A stretch of DNA of 63,899 bases, filler included, from Ministeria vibrans ATCC 50519 (lineage: Eukaryota; Protista; Filasterea), in assembly GCA_943704425.1 (NCBI GenBank). It is 5 parts of 5 records of this genome, joined end to end, with 100 filler letters (N's around TTAATTAATTAA, not from the genome) between each part and the next. Parts side by side here need not be neighbours in the genome. Positions count along the whole stretch, not along the records: positions 31,225 to 57,865 come from CALSCP010000277.1; 4 more parts are not named here. One strand, written 5' to 3'. Shown here piece by piece: positions 36,710-50,100 of the stretch. Made by a program: the position numbers and the translations under genes. The number at the start of each line of letters is the position of its first letter. Position 1 is the stretch's first letter. The notes beneath the pieces were generated by a model. It saw only the letters and a program-made list of their open reading frames with translations. It was not told the DNA's origin and ran no database searches.

Positions 36710-36987
36710 TTTATTGTTCTATTGTATTTTGGGTCAAAAGACAGATTGGACCTTGGCCAAGCTCGTGAATTCTTGTGCACTCCGTTGTTCTACACGAAAC
36801 ATAATGAGAAAACAAAAGGAGAGATACCGCGTCACTCACCTCGAATACTCCGCAGTTTGAGGCGCTGTTCGGAGAGCATGGGCGACAGAAATGCCTCAAA
36901 GGTGTCCACGTACGCTTGCAGGCTTGTCTTGTAAATGTCCGTACCTGTACACCCCATATGTGTCAAGACAAATATACTGCAATAAAA

Positions 36988-37040
<53 letters not shown>

Positions 37041-37577
37041 CGTACCATCTTTAGACTTTTTGGGCGAGTGGTCGCCCTCAGCGTATGTGTTGAGCTCGTC
37101 TAACAGCGTCTGGAGGGTAGGCACGGCAAATGGATCAAACGTGTCAAAGTCGGCGGGTGCAATAGGCACGCAAACACGCTGCGTCTTGGGACTGTAAAAG
37201 AGATACGTATTCAGAAGATACTCATCAGAAATAATGGTCACAGTGGAAGGCTTCTTTTTCTCAACGTACTGCACAGCAAAAGGGCTCTTCAGCAAATGGT
37301 TGAGACCCTCGGTGACCGCAATGTCCAATTTGGGGTACGCAAGCTGCAGAATAATCTCTTCCACCCAGTAGCGTTTGAACTGAAACCACAAATCCATTCA
37401 CAAACACGACACAGTGAGACAGGGAAACGGAGACAAAAAAACAGCAAGAAACACACTCACACATGCAAGCACACGTGCCCATAAAAACAGTCACCGACAC
37501 ACCACAAAAAATCACACACACACACACACACACACCACAAAGACACAAAAACACACACACGCCATGAAGACACAAAA

Positions 37578-37617
<40 letters not shown>

Positions 37618-38325
37618 CGACAGGACCGCACCTGTTGCTTTTGAGTAATGTCAACCAGGTCTTGCCAATACTCGTGCGCTTCAGTGCGCGTCTCCAGTCG
37701 CTCGTTCCATGTGCGTCGCAATTCCCCCTGTGCTCCTCCATCTGGCACCAGCTGGACAATCTTTTCGCGTGCCTCTTCATCCACAAACATTGCCTGCTCG
37801 CTTAAAAGCTGCATAAAGTCGTCGTGGATCACTCCCACTGCTCGCTTGAGACTCGGGTGGAGCGAATTGAGCGACACCTTCTTGGCGCGCTCATTGCCCC
37901 CATTTCCCACATTCAAATACTGGCCCACCGACTTGCGACAGTCTTGAGTCAGCTTTCGTGCCCGTTCGTCACACACCCACACGTGAATTCCTGAAATGCA
38001 CCATCGTTAAGCAATCGTAAAAAACACGAGACGACCCCATCAGTGAGTACCTCGTCGTCCAGAGTACACCCACAGCAGGTTTTCAAACCCAAAATCAGAG
38101 CGCAGCGCCGCGTCAAGTACTTTCATAGCAATGCGCATGAAAATCCAGCATTTGGGACAAATCGAGGCACCCGAACAGCACGTTCTGTGCGAGACACGAG
38201 CAGGTAAATCAGTGAGGGAGAGAAAAACAAAAAGAAAAACAGAGAGTGAGACATACAGACGGACGGACACGCTCACAGACAGGCATACACATGCACATAT
38301 CAATTAATACAAACTCACTCGAATA

Positions 38326-38407
<82 letters not shown>

Positions 38408-39262
38408 GTTCTCGTAGTAGTACCTGACTTCGTCGTAATCGGTCATATCAATATCAAAAACGAGCTCACGTTCCCTCGGCTGGAACGCACTTGCCTTCAA
38501 TCCTTTCTTCTCTTTCGGCTACACCAATTGGAATTCACTCAGCTGCCTTACTCGCACCCACCACGACAACTTCCATACCTTGGCAGTGTACACAGCACCA
38601 ATATCAATCTTGTGCGGCAGCTTGTCCGTCATGGCTGCCTTGAGTTCGGCCGCAGACGAGAAGGACAAGTATCGCACGTACACATCGCCCTGCAACATCC
38701 CCAGGTTCACACAAAACAACACACGTGCGCCGCAAGCGCACTGCAAATACAAACACGTGTACGTACCTTGAGCGTGAATGAGAACTCGCGGTGCGTAAAG
38801 TACGTTGGTTGCACTAAACGTTCAATCATGATAATATTTTTTTGTCAGTTTGCGCGCCAAAAGATCAAAAGCGAAACACACTTACCTCCACCGTAACTGA
38901 GCCATCTGTAGAACATATTGTAGTCAAACAACTGTCCGTAGTACATTTTGATCAACTGAAAGGGCGGCAAAACAAAGAGTTGGCGCAACGAGAAGGCATT
39001 TCTCACTTTTCGTTTTTTGCTTATGTACATCGTGAAATTCAAAGCCAGCGTCGTTGTTCATGGGCCTACGCACGACAGCCTGCTCCTGCACGACGGGTAC
39101 AGCGCCAGGTGCGCCCGTAGAAGTCGTTGTGGCGTCCGCAGCCTGCTCGTCGAGCGACTCGGCGTTGTCTTGTTTTGCCGCTGTCATTTCAACGTCTGCG
39201 TCGCCAGGCGACTCGCTCACGAGGCCTCCAACAATGGTTTTCACTTCGGCGTCGACGTCCAT
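36553..39262 (-). CDS. PRIM1: DNA primase small (catalytic) subunit, multi-exon; exact last exon uncertain
   Basis: [104 protein letters not shown]. Confidence 0.95.
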
Positions 39263-39448
39263 CACAGTATCAAAAAAAAATGAATATTATTCAATTCAAG
39301 AAAATTCAAAATAATTCAGAGAATCGAGAGCTGTACGCCAAATTTTAGAGAAGTCTTCAATTAAACGCTCACAAGCCAAATCACTTCACAGAACAAACTA
39401 CGCATCAAGGTGAACTTCATTTGATCGTGTCTTATACAAGATTAAAAA

Positions 39449-41793
39449 TTATCGTGCGGAGAGAAGAGAGGAGGACGCAAGAGGAACAGCAGAAGGAGGA
39501 GTTTGCATGCGACGGCCTAGTGACGGAGCAAACCAATCAGGGAGTGGCACTGTCGTGGCAGGATCCTTGTTAAGGAACGCCTGGCGTTGCACAACGTATG
39601 CCTGTGACGACTGAACCGCAGCGTAAATGGATCCTGTACAACAGAGAAAAGGAATAAAAATAATTGAGAACACACTCACAAAACACACACCCACACACTC
39701 ACTCACTCACACACCCACTCACTCACTCACACATACATACATTCACACAACACACACAGTATAAAGTTTTGGTTGCTTTCACGTACCACCCATCCACGCG
39801 CGAATGTTCTCCGGGAAAGGGCACTCGACAGTGGCGACGGGGCTCTTGCCGGCAAAACGTTCGTCGTTGAGAATAGACTGTTCCAGCTCCTGACAAAATC
39901 GTCGCTCGAGTCCTGCACACACACAGAGAGAGAACAGAGTGTGTAAACGAGAAAGGCGCGTAAAAAAATCAGCCAGTTATAAAAGTAGTGTACCAGGAAT
40001 CATTGAAGTTCCGCCAACAAACAAAATTCGTTGCATGAGCTGCGATCGAACCTCGCATGAGCACTACACAAGATAATTAATAATAAATATATGACAAATT
40101 TTATAAATTTAAGAGATCGATTTTGCATGGACTCACCTTGGCAAGACACTCACGAACCACGCGCACAGCAGAAAGATCTTCAATGCCATCGGCACGAAAG
40201 ACGGGCTCGCATGCATTACACAGGATCTGAAACGAAAAAGTAAGTGCAAAGCAAAGCTTTAGAGATACACTAGTCGAAAAAAAAAACACAGGCGTACGTT
40301 GCGTGTGAGAATGAGTGCGCCCTTGGAACCCTTTTGAGTGCCAGAGCGCAGCTCATAGTGCCAGGTGGGCTCGTCGGCATCGACCATCGACGAGACAACA
40401 CGACCAAACGACGTGATGCTGTGGTCGGAGGCAGCAGCAGAGGGACGGCGCTGTGACGCTAATGCAGATGCCTGCGCCGCGGACTCATCCACATGTACAC
40501 CTTCACTCGAATCGTCGGGACCCGACACCCCAGCCTGCTCCGTCTTCTTTAGCTGACTGTGTGCATCCTCAGACGGTTGCGGCCAAGTGGAAGCGGCGGC
40601 GGTGGTGGTGGTGGTGCTGGTGGTGGACGCCGAAGAAAGCGTGTGGAAAGAGCGAACGTGTGCACCCCGCACTGTAATGTCGTCAAGCACAGCCAGAGGG
40701 AAGTCCCACAGTTCGCGACGAGCAGCCGCTGGAAGAAGACGCGAAAGAGACAATGGCATCACAGCACGGCCAGAAAAACCGCCCAGCGGCTCGACAGTGT
40801 CTTGATCTTCGTCGTTGTTGTCGTGCGCATCGTCCTCGTCGCGGTTGTCATCTAGGCTGGACATGGACAATTGCTGTGACACGGAAGTGATGGTATCTGA
40901 ATCAACGATGCCCCCACCGGCAGCGGCAAGCGAGGTGAGCAACTGTGAAGGAGTGCCAGCACGACGTGGTTCGTTGGATGTAGCGCTCGCGTCGGCTTTC
41001 TGGACGGGACTGGAAGGCACCGAGAGCATCTCAACCTCTTCAAGGGACTGCGCGAACACTCCATGGAGAACAATGAGGTTGCGCAGCGTTTCGCGGACTG
41101 TTTGGCCGGCCACGGGAGACACGGAGTAAGCCGCCATGAGCGGGTGGCCATCGACGAGAGGCAAGCAGCGCGTGCTGTGGGTGCCACAGTCGACAACGAG
41201 GCAGGTGTTCGACTCGCACACCACCGAAGGCATGCACAGTAAAGGCACAAAGGACACTACGGTCAGAACAGGAACCAAAGTTACAACCAAGGCAAATAAT
41301 ATGAAGAGAGTGTTTGTTACCAGAGGCGACGCACAAGCATCGAAAGAACCCGTTTAAAAGACTGTCGCGAAAGGCCCAAGAGGCATCGGGAAGTTCCAAG
41401 AGCACAATGCGACGGTCTGTAGGCATGACAAGCAGATGCCGCAAGAATATCCGGGACAGCATTGCGTCGACGGCAGGTTGCAAGCTGAGAGAGAGAGAGA
41501 GAGAGGGAGGGAGGGAGGGAGGGAGGGAGAGTTGGCGGGAGGCGACGCGTCTGTGGCGGCTGCTGCTGCCTTCCGTACCTACTGATGTCGGCGCGCGTGC
41601 ATGTCGAAGGGGCCTTTGCAAGAAAGTCTGCCCTTCTGAGGATACAGCGTGGCGCAGCTTCGCCTGAGTGCCGAGAGGAGGAGGAACTTTCAAACACAAC
41701 CAAAATACCACTCAGTCTTGTACCTGCGAAGCCCACGCGAATGTGAGCATCGCCAAAGTCAAACACTACAGCAGGCTTTTCTACCAGCGACAT
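39449..41793 (-). CDS. ACTR10: Actin-related protein 10 (dynactin Arp11) with low-complexity insertions
   Basis: EKPAVVFDFGDAHIRVGFAGEAAPRCIL, IFLRHLLVMPTDRRIVLLE, CLVVDCGTHSTRCLPLVDGHP, VVGGTSMIPG, C-terminal LPDW. Confidence 0.85.
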
Positions 41794-43608
41794 GCCAGCC
41801 AATTGAAGGGTGCTGAAGAAGAATTATTTGAAATGAAGTGAAAAGACTGAATTCTGAATTCTGAAAAACACTCATCGATCTGTCATTTCTGAATTCAGCT
41901 CATCGTGAGCTCATCGTGTTCGAACTGAGATTTATTACGAGCGAGCCACAGCGACACTGATTCGTGATTGGAGGTTGGTTGAATCTTAGAGGAGATTGTC
42001 TGGCGGTAAAATAAATCAAAACGACCAAGTGATCAATTACAATGCTATGAATAAATCATTTACATTACACTAAACGTACCTTGTAGTCATGGGGTGCCAC
42101 GCCTGCCTTTGAACGTTTTTTTGTTTCTCACGCAGAAAAACACTCTGAGAGGGGTTTCTGCTGAATAACAAAAACAGGTTTTGAAAAGTTTCACACAGTT
42201 TTAACCCTGTTAAATCTTCCATTGGTATAATGGTATCTCATAATACTGCCTGATCCATGATCAGAAAACGGCTGTACATATGGTACGTAAAAATACTGCT
42301 GAGGGCGAAAAAAAGGCTGAAATGAATTCTATAATCACCTTTGCGTGTAAAGGATCTCACCCCACAACCTTCATCAAGCGCATTGACCATTCTCGTGATC
42401 TCGTCAAGATCATATGCATATTATGAGAATTCCCATGCAATTTAATGGAGGTTATTTCCATAATTATTATTATTTTAATTGATTTTTAAAGGATGCAGAT
42501 TATTTTCGTTCTCGTAATAGTTGATATTTTCCATTTGGCGCAAAAACTTCCAGCGCCCACAGGATTACCACTATGTACTTTTACTCGCTGAAAACAACCC
42601 CTACGCGCCGCTGAAAGCAATATCATAGGCTACTTAACAAAGCGCAGAGCGTATCGTTGAAAAATATAGGGGCGATTGGTGGTGAGCAGCAACGGCGCAC
42701 TTTGGCGGGCAAAAGGACATATGTTTGCACCCGACCTACGGGGTCGGAAAAAATCACTCATTGGAGGCGCTGCAAAATATGACCATGTGTATTGTTGAGA
42801 GGTGTGCACAAGCCTAAGGCACTCGAAAATGAACTCCCTACCAATGCTAATGGTTGTTTTGCTCCCATACAGTACAACTAAACTCATTCGAACCCAGTCT
42901 CGATAGCTGAATCGAGACACGATGCAACCCCGATGGAACAATGCCCACTAATGCCCACTAATGCCCACTAACGAGTCTTCAAATGGGCAGACGGTTGTTA
43001 TAAATAGCACAAGTCTGTGACGAGTGAGGTATCACCCACAGCTATATATGAAAGACTGCTATATTGGCATCCCGTACAAACAAACAAGAGAGGGATTGAA
43101 AGCAGAAAGCATTGCCAACACGCCAATCTCAAGCGATCTGGTGCCTCTCGAGTCCGTATATGACTGCATAAGCAACGACAAGTCACATTAACGCCGAATA
43201 ATGGGAGGGGATGGGAGTATTTCAATGCACAAGACAATCAACAACACCCGCGCTATTTTTGTCAAGTGACCAATACTAATAAAATATTTAATAATATTAT
43301 TAATGAATTCCACTACACAGCACATCTATCAATGCACACTAGGACATGCAAGTCGTAAAGGCTCGCTTGTGCAATACAATGCTTCCGCCACAGGTGAGCT
43401 CGAAGAAGAGGGAGCACCCATCGACCCACGGATACGCTCGCGCAGCAGGCGTACGAAGAATTCAAGGAATTCCGCGAGAGGCACACACACCGAGAGCACA
43501 TATTCATAATTGACTCATAATAATAATAATTTCAATCAAAAGCTGATTATTATTGAATTTTATTGCTCACGAAAAGACCGATTCCCAACATGCTATAAAA
43601 CAAACTCT

Positions 43609-46167
43609 TCACTTTTTGGCATTCGCTTCGGCTTCTGCTTCGCGCTCAAGAGCCCGGATTTGACGCTCGACGTGACGTTGAGCGAGCGAGTTGACAATGG
43701 AAATAGCAAAGTAGGAGAGCATCGCAATGATGAGCATCTCCCAGACAAAGCCCACGAGAGAGCCCCCTTGGGGTGCTTCAATAGGCACATCGCTGTTCTT
43801 GTCAAACTTGGCACGGTACCGAACCACAGCACCACTCACCTGGCCGATGAGAGGCGACGGCAGCACAGTGGCAGCCCAGCGGATTACGGCGTCGAGTACC
43901 GGTTCACTGAACATGAGCACCACAAAAAACATCTGCGAACAAGAGCAAAGTGCATGTGATGAGCTCGCGTACGAGAAAAAGAAAGACGGGGAGGGGTGCG
44001 TCTCACCTGAATGTGCATTTTGACGACGGCCTTGCCAATGAGAGTCGCACCAAAGAACGTGCCAAATGGCACCAGAAAATGCCCACAGGTCACACCAGCG
44101 AGGTCAAACAGAGGATTCGGGATCTGCACAGAAACGAGGGGAGGAGGACGGGGCATAACAGAAAAATATCAACAACAAATCAATGTGTAACAATTGCACA
44201 GAGTGTGCCTTACGGAAGCGCACGCAAGAATGCCCCAGAAGCCGAGGCGAGACACAAGGGAATGGGTGAAGCGCTTGAGGCGCGTCCACAGTGTCTGGTC
44301 GGTCTCATCCTCCATCTGACGCATCTCCGCCTCAAGTTCATCCTGTACCGAGCCACTCAGTCGCGCCGCACGCGCAATAAAGTATGGCGGAAGCTCACCT
44401 GCCAAGACATACCAAAATAAGACGCCATAAGACAACAATAAAATGACAGAGAAAATAAATGAGAAAACATGCAAGAGAATGCAAATCAAAAAGAAAGACA
44501 AAGAGTGGAAACGGGGGGGGGGGGGGTAGAGTCACACGAACAGATGATAGTCATACCAATGGCGGTGCCTGCGCCCCACAAAAAGGCCTCGAGACGCACT
44601 TTGCTCACAATGCCCCAAATGGTCACAGCCGTCGCACCCGACGCAGTTCTGTGAAAGCGCTTTGTTAATCGAATCGCACGCCATTGAAGTGGAAACGTCA
44701 TGAACACTCCCCACTCACACAACACCTAATACACACTCACTAACTCACAACACATAGCCACCAACACACCACACCACACAGACACACACAAACATACATA
44801 TACAATACATAGAAAAAAAAAAGAAAAAGAAAAAACGCCGTACACAGGACAGGAGAGCATGCCAACTTCGCGTGAGACAAAGTCCAGAGTGCCGCACTTC
44901 CACGCAGCCATGGTCACTTCGGCAATAAAGGGACCCGTGTACAGGAGGAATGTGTGCAAGCCAGTGCCCAGACCCACCGACGAAAGCACACCAAGCCACA
45001 CCCAGTACGAACAGTACCAGATCTCTTCAATAATATCCTCCACACTGCACAAAAAAGAGACCAACAACAGAATTACTATCGCACTCTCTGACTGTTTCTC
45101 TCTCGGTTTCTTCTTCTTCTTCTTCTTCTTCTTCTTCTTCTTCTTCTTCTTCTTCTTCTTCTTCCTCCTCCTCCTCCTCTTCTTCTTCTTCTTCTTCTTC
45201 TCTCTCTCCCTCTCTTTCTCCAACTCTCTCTCTCTCTCAAAGTATGTACCGATCCGAGTGGTGGCTCTTGAGCCCAATGGACTCGGGTGACAGGTACACT
45301 ACAAGGATGGAAAGAGCCACGGCCAAAAGCAGTGTGACGGCAGAGCGCTAAAACAATCAAAGATGAATTGGTTGCTCTTAATGAGCAATGTAATAACAAT
45401 AATAATAATTATTATTATTATTATTATAATTATTATTGTTCTATACCCACTCGACGAGCCAGCTCAGAATATGCTGCAAGAGTGTCAAGGTCTCTTTGAA
45501 AAAGAACATGACGGTGTGGATCGGTGATCGCAACAGCGTCAAGTGATGCAATCGATCTTTGTATTCGTGTGCCTAAGTCAAGAAGTACACGAATTAGTAT
45601 GGATGTAACTTGCATGGGACGGATGGCTTGGTACGTTTTGAGGGGGCAACGCGACATCGGGCGATGCTGAGACTGTCGGCGTGGGGGGCGATGCAGCTGT
45701 GGGCTGCATACGACCGCGCGCGGGCGAGCGGCTGCGACTGGGCGATCGGCGACGCGTCTTGGTCGAGGCAGCAGTTGCAGCAGCCGCAGTTGCAGCAGCA
45801 GTTGCAGTCGCAGCTGCGCCCGAACCGTCGCCAGCAGACTCGACAGCCCGCGCCGCAATGCGCGTCTTTGCACTGCGCCTGGGAGGCGTGTGTGACGGCG
45901 AGGCACTGCGGCGTGTTGGGGCTGGGGATTTCGCGCGAACCGTTGTGCGCGACCGTGTCGAAAACGATGGCGAGGCCAAGGCTGACGCGGCAGTCGAGGT
46001 TGCGCGCACGCGAGCAGAGGCCTGCAAGGAGACAAGAAAGGTTCATACACATGGCACGCGGCAGTCGATGGGGCGGTGGGACGAGCGTGAGGTCGGAGTA
46101 AGAGAGAATTCCGGTTGAGTTGGAACATAGAACATACTCGATCAAGAGACTTCGAGCGCAGGGGCAT
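43609..46167 (-). CDS. VMP1: Vacuole membrane protein 1 (DedA/VTT scramblase), multi-exon
   Basis: [109 protein letters not shown]. Confidence 0.95.
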
Positions 46168-47144
46168 GTCGATAATTGATGGAGGCTCGTCGGGAGAATG
46201 GAAAAGTAATGAAAATTTAATATATTTTTTTATTTTTTCGTCCTTCAAGTCGAGTGGAGCGCATTTTTATAATTTTATTATTATTATAATAATTATTATA
46301 CTGTTCTCCCATGTTACCTCTAGAGTTTAGGTTGAGTTTGCAAGGCGGTCTGGCTGTGTCTTCGCGTGGTGACTGTATCATTAATAAATGGGTTGTATTC
46401 TTCTTCTTCTAATAATTATTATGATTACAAAGATATTCATCTAAGTAGGTCGTAAGTACCTAATGCCTCAGCACGACACCAAAACTCCACGGAATTTAGA
46501 CGCCAGGGCAAGTTTCTGCTGCTGCTCCGCCACGATGCACTCATCATGGGTAGCGCCGAGGCATGACGGGCCAAGGTTAGTGGGTCCAAGTGATTCACCC
46601 TCGAGCTTCCCGATCGCAAACCTCTTTTTTTTTCCCTTCGCCCATTCGAGCTACCCCCGATACTCTGAACCTTAAACCCTTCCCAATTCATATGAGTCTC
46701 CTCACAATCAAACACACACACACAATCTTGACACGTACAACTTAACGAGCACCAACCAGTTCCCCGTGTGTGTGCCACCGGAGCACTACGCTCCAGCCGC
46801 CACCTGGACAGCTGGTCGCCGCCGACTACCAACCCCCATTAATATTGCTTCAACAACAACTTTGACTTTATACCTCTTGCCGATAGACACATAATTCATG
46901 GAGTTGGAGCCCTAAGCCCTCACCGGGAGTACGGCGCACCAATTGTATATGCGATTGCCTCGCTGGATCACCACAACACAAGCACGTATGACCTGCCACT
47001 GTTCTCCCATGCTACCTCTGAAGTAAATTTTGAGTTGATTAGTCTGGCCAGCGCTGTGTCTTAAATGTTTTTGCGTGGTGATCATGACTGTGGAGTGACT
47101 AGTACTGTATCATTAATAAAATAATGTGGTGTAACAAAAATAAG

Positions 47145-50100
47145 TTACACAAGATCTTTCATCTCTCCAATCGAAATGCGCGAGCCGGCAGCTTCCGCCT
47201 GCTGATCAAACATGTACAAAATGTGACAAAAGGATGGACGCGTCAGTTGGTTGGGCTGCCACATGGCTTGCATGAGGTCGAGCAAAGGTATGGGCCAGTT
47301 GCGTGCTTTGGTGTGAAACAGGTCGCATTTGGTGGAGGGCCGTAAAGGGTTGCTGGAGCTCTTGACACGGTTGTAATTTTCATCTTCCACCTGATAGCGC
47401 TGCTGCATAATGACCTCCCACATGATGATAGCAAAGGCATACACGTCGATGGGCTGACCATAGAATCGCGCCCGTGGCTTCAGCAATTCGGGTGCCTTGT
47501 ATATCGCCGTCCCAAAGATCTCATCGTTCTTGCTCAATTTCACATAGTTGCGAGGAATTTTCGCAGGGCGTCGTTGAGCGGTGGAGCGCACATGACGTCG
47601 AAAGGAACCGCCACCCTCGTCAAAGACGCTGTCGTCGCCCTGCTCCATCAGAGGCTCCGTCAAGTCCGATGACTTGGTGCTCCAAAAGGAGAGCACCGAG
47701 CGTCCCAGCGAGCGCGATCGAGACACATGTTGCTCCACCGACGGCAACGACAATCGTGGTACCGGTATACTCCCACTCTCGGACTGGTAGAGCGAACGTG
47801 AGCGGTACACGTTGGATTCGGCATCGTCGGTGGAAACTGAGCCACGATCGGATCGTAGGTCGCCATCGGTGTCGGACAGCCTATCAGCAGCATCGTAGTC
47901 GCAATCGTCGCCATTAATGTTGTCGTCGCCGTTGTCGCCGTGAACGTTGACATCTTCGTTGTCGTCTTCGTCGCTCTGTTGGCTCTCCTCGGCGTTCCCT
48001 TCAAACACCGCTCCATGGTACTCGACGAGCTTACACTCGCCAAAGTCGCACACCTTGGCAACCAGTCTCGTTGTGCTGTCGTCGATGTGCTCCAGCGCAA
48101 CCAGAACATTGTCGAGCTTGAGGTCACGATGGATGACACGGAAATTCTGCAGTCGCCCATCGGGTTGAGCGCGTGGAATCACAGCGTTGTGGACATACTC
48201 CATGCCCCGCGCGACCTGGCGCAGTAAATCTTGTCGTACCTCACGTGTGACGCGCAACCGCCGGCTCACTACGTCGACAAGGGAGCCTTTGCACAGGGGC
48301 ATGACGTAGAAGGGCGAGTTGTTCGCACTGTGCTTTCCATAGCCGTACAGCTCTATGACATTGGGGTGTCGAAGCAGTTGCAATAGATTCATCTCGTCGA
48401 GCAAGGCCTTACGCTCCACCGCAAAATAATCGGTGGCGGTGGCCGTATTGTCACGCCATGTCGATGCTTTCGCCTGCAGCTCTTTGACAGCAACCTTGCG
48501 CACATGACACCATGTTGCCTCGAGCACCTTACCTCCACCGCCAACTCCAACAACGCCCGCCTCGCCCTCGCGGAACGCCAAGTCCTTTTCTCCAATTAGC
48601 CAACGATGGCGGATCTCCTCAATGTGCCGACGATTGTTTTCGCCCATTTGATTAATGTCGATCACGCGACGCTTCTCGGCGTGGCGCCGATATACCACAA
48701 GGGCAACCAAGGCAATGAGCAGCAGGCCCGCAATGCTGCCAACGATGGGTGCCCATCGATCGTCGGTGTTACGTTCCTCCGACTTGCAATTAGTGTTCAG
48801 CGGACCATCACAACCAGCAGTACAAGAGGGGTCACAGTCGTAGCAACTCGAGCCCAGCGGGTACATGCTCGTCTCGTTGCAGGCGCGTAGGCACTTGGGT
48901 ACGTTACTGGTGGCGGAAGTGCTTGATGCCGACGGCTGATACGAGAGGTAGGGTGAATCACAGCGGCACGTGACATCAAATGAATAATACACCGTATCAC
49001 TAGCATCCATGTCGTACGCAAAGCTCGCCGTTTCGGGATTCTTAAGATGGCATGTTCCGTGTCCCGAGCATGGCAAGTCACTGACATCACGACTGGCTGT
49101 GTCGAGTCCCTCACACAAAAAGACATACTGGCAGTTTGGCCCGGTCCAACCGTTGGGACAGCAGTCGCGCGGCGACGGTCCGTAGCAGCCGGCAAATCCC
49201 TGAAAGGAACACTCGGTGGAGCAGAAGCCCTCGCAGACGGGTTGCGTTCCATACATGTTGGGTGGGCAGCTGGGACCATTGGAGCCGTTGTCCGAGTAAA
49301 ACTTGTTATAGAAGATGGTTGCAATGCCCCAACCACGCGTGTACGTCAGTGGAGTAGTGACGACAGACTCCAAGTCGTTTCTACGTTACATTAAATATTT
49401 TGAGCAGAAGAAGAAAATAAAAATAATAATAATAACATCTACGCTGCGATGCAACTCTAATATCGCCGACGACAAGAAAAAATGACGCAAAAAACATAAA
49501 AGGACTAATTATGTCAGGTGGTGCACAATAATCAATCAAAAAGATGAACATGCATGATTAAAGAATGATACGCAGGACAGTTCTTCCGTCATTAAACTTA
49601 TTGGTATTTATACGTCTCATAAATTGAACGCAACTTACGAGGCAAGATTGATGGCGGCAATAGGTGGAATGGTGAGCGAGCCATTGAGACTACAATTGGC
49701 AGCGGAGATAGTCAGACGACGGAGTTGCGATGGAGGGAAGTAGGTGAAGAGTGAAGAGAGGGAATCGAGAACGAGAAGCGGGTTGTGAGAAATGCTAAGA
49801 ACCGACAGAACAGGGAGCGAGACGATGGCGGCGGGGTTGAGGACGGAGAGGCGGTTCTCGTCGAGAAAAAGCATTTCAATGTTGGAAGGCAGTCCAAAGG
49901 GCACCTTCTCGAGAAGGTTCGACTCGAAGGAAAGGGACGACAGAAGATACCAGCGGGAGAAGACGCCCGCCTTGACCGTACGGAGTTTGTTGCCGGCAAG
50001 ACTGAAGGAAGTAAAGGAGTAGAGATCGTTGAGCCAGCACTCGTCGAGGGAGGTCAAGTTGTTATTGGTCAGGTAGACGCCGGTGACAAAGACACCCGAA

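Noticed and set aside
41820-43500. Possible gene or ncRNA between ACTR10 and VMP1
   Set aside because: Only short stop-interrupted frames and a 10-nt triple repeat (ATGCCCACTA near 42941-42970); nothing recognisable by eye, possibly a decayed pseudogene.
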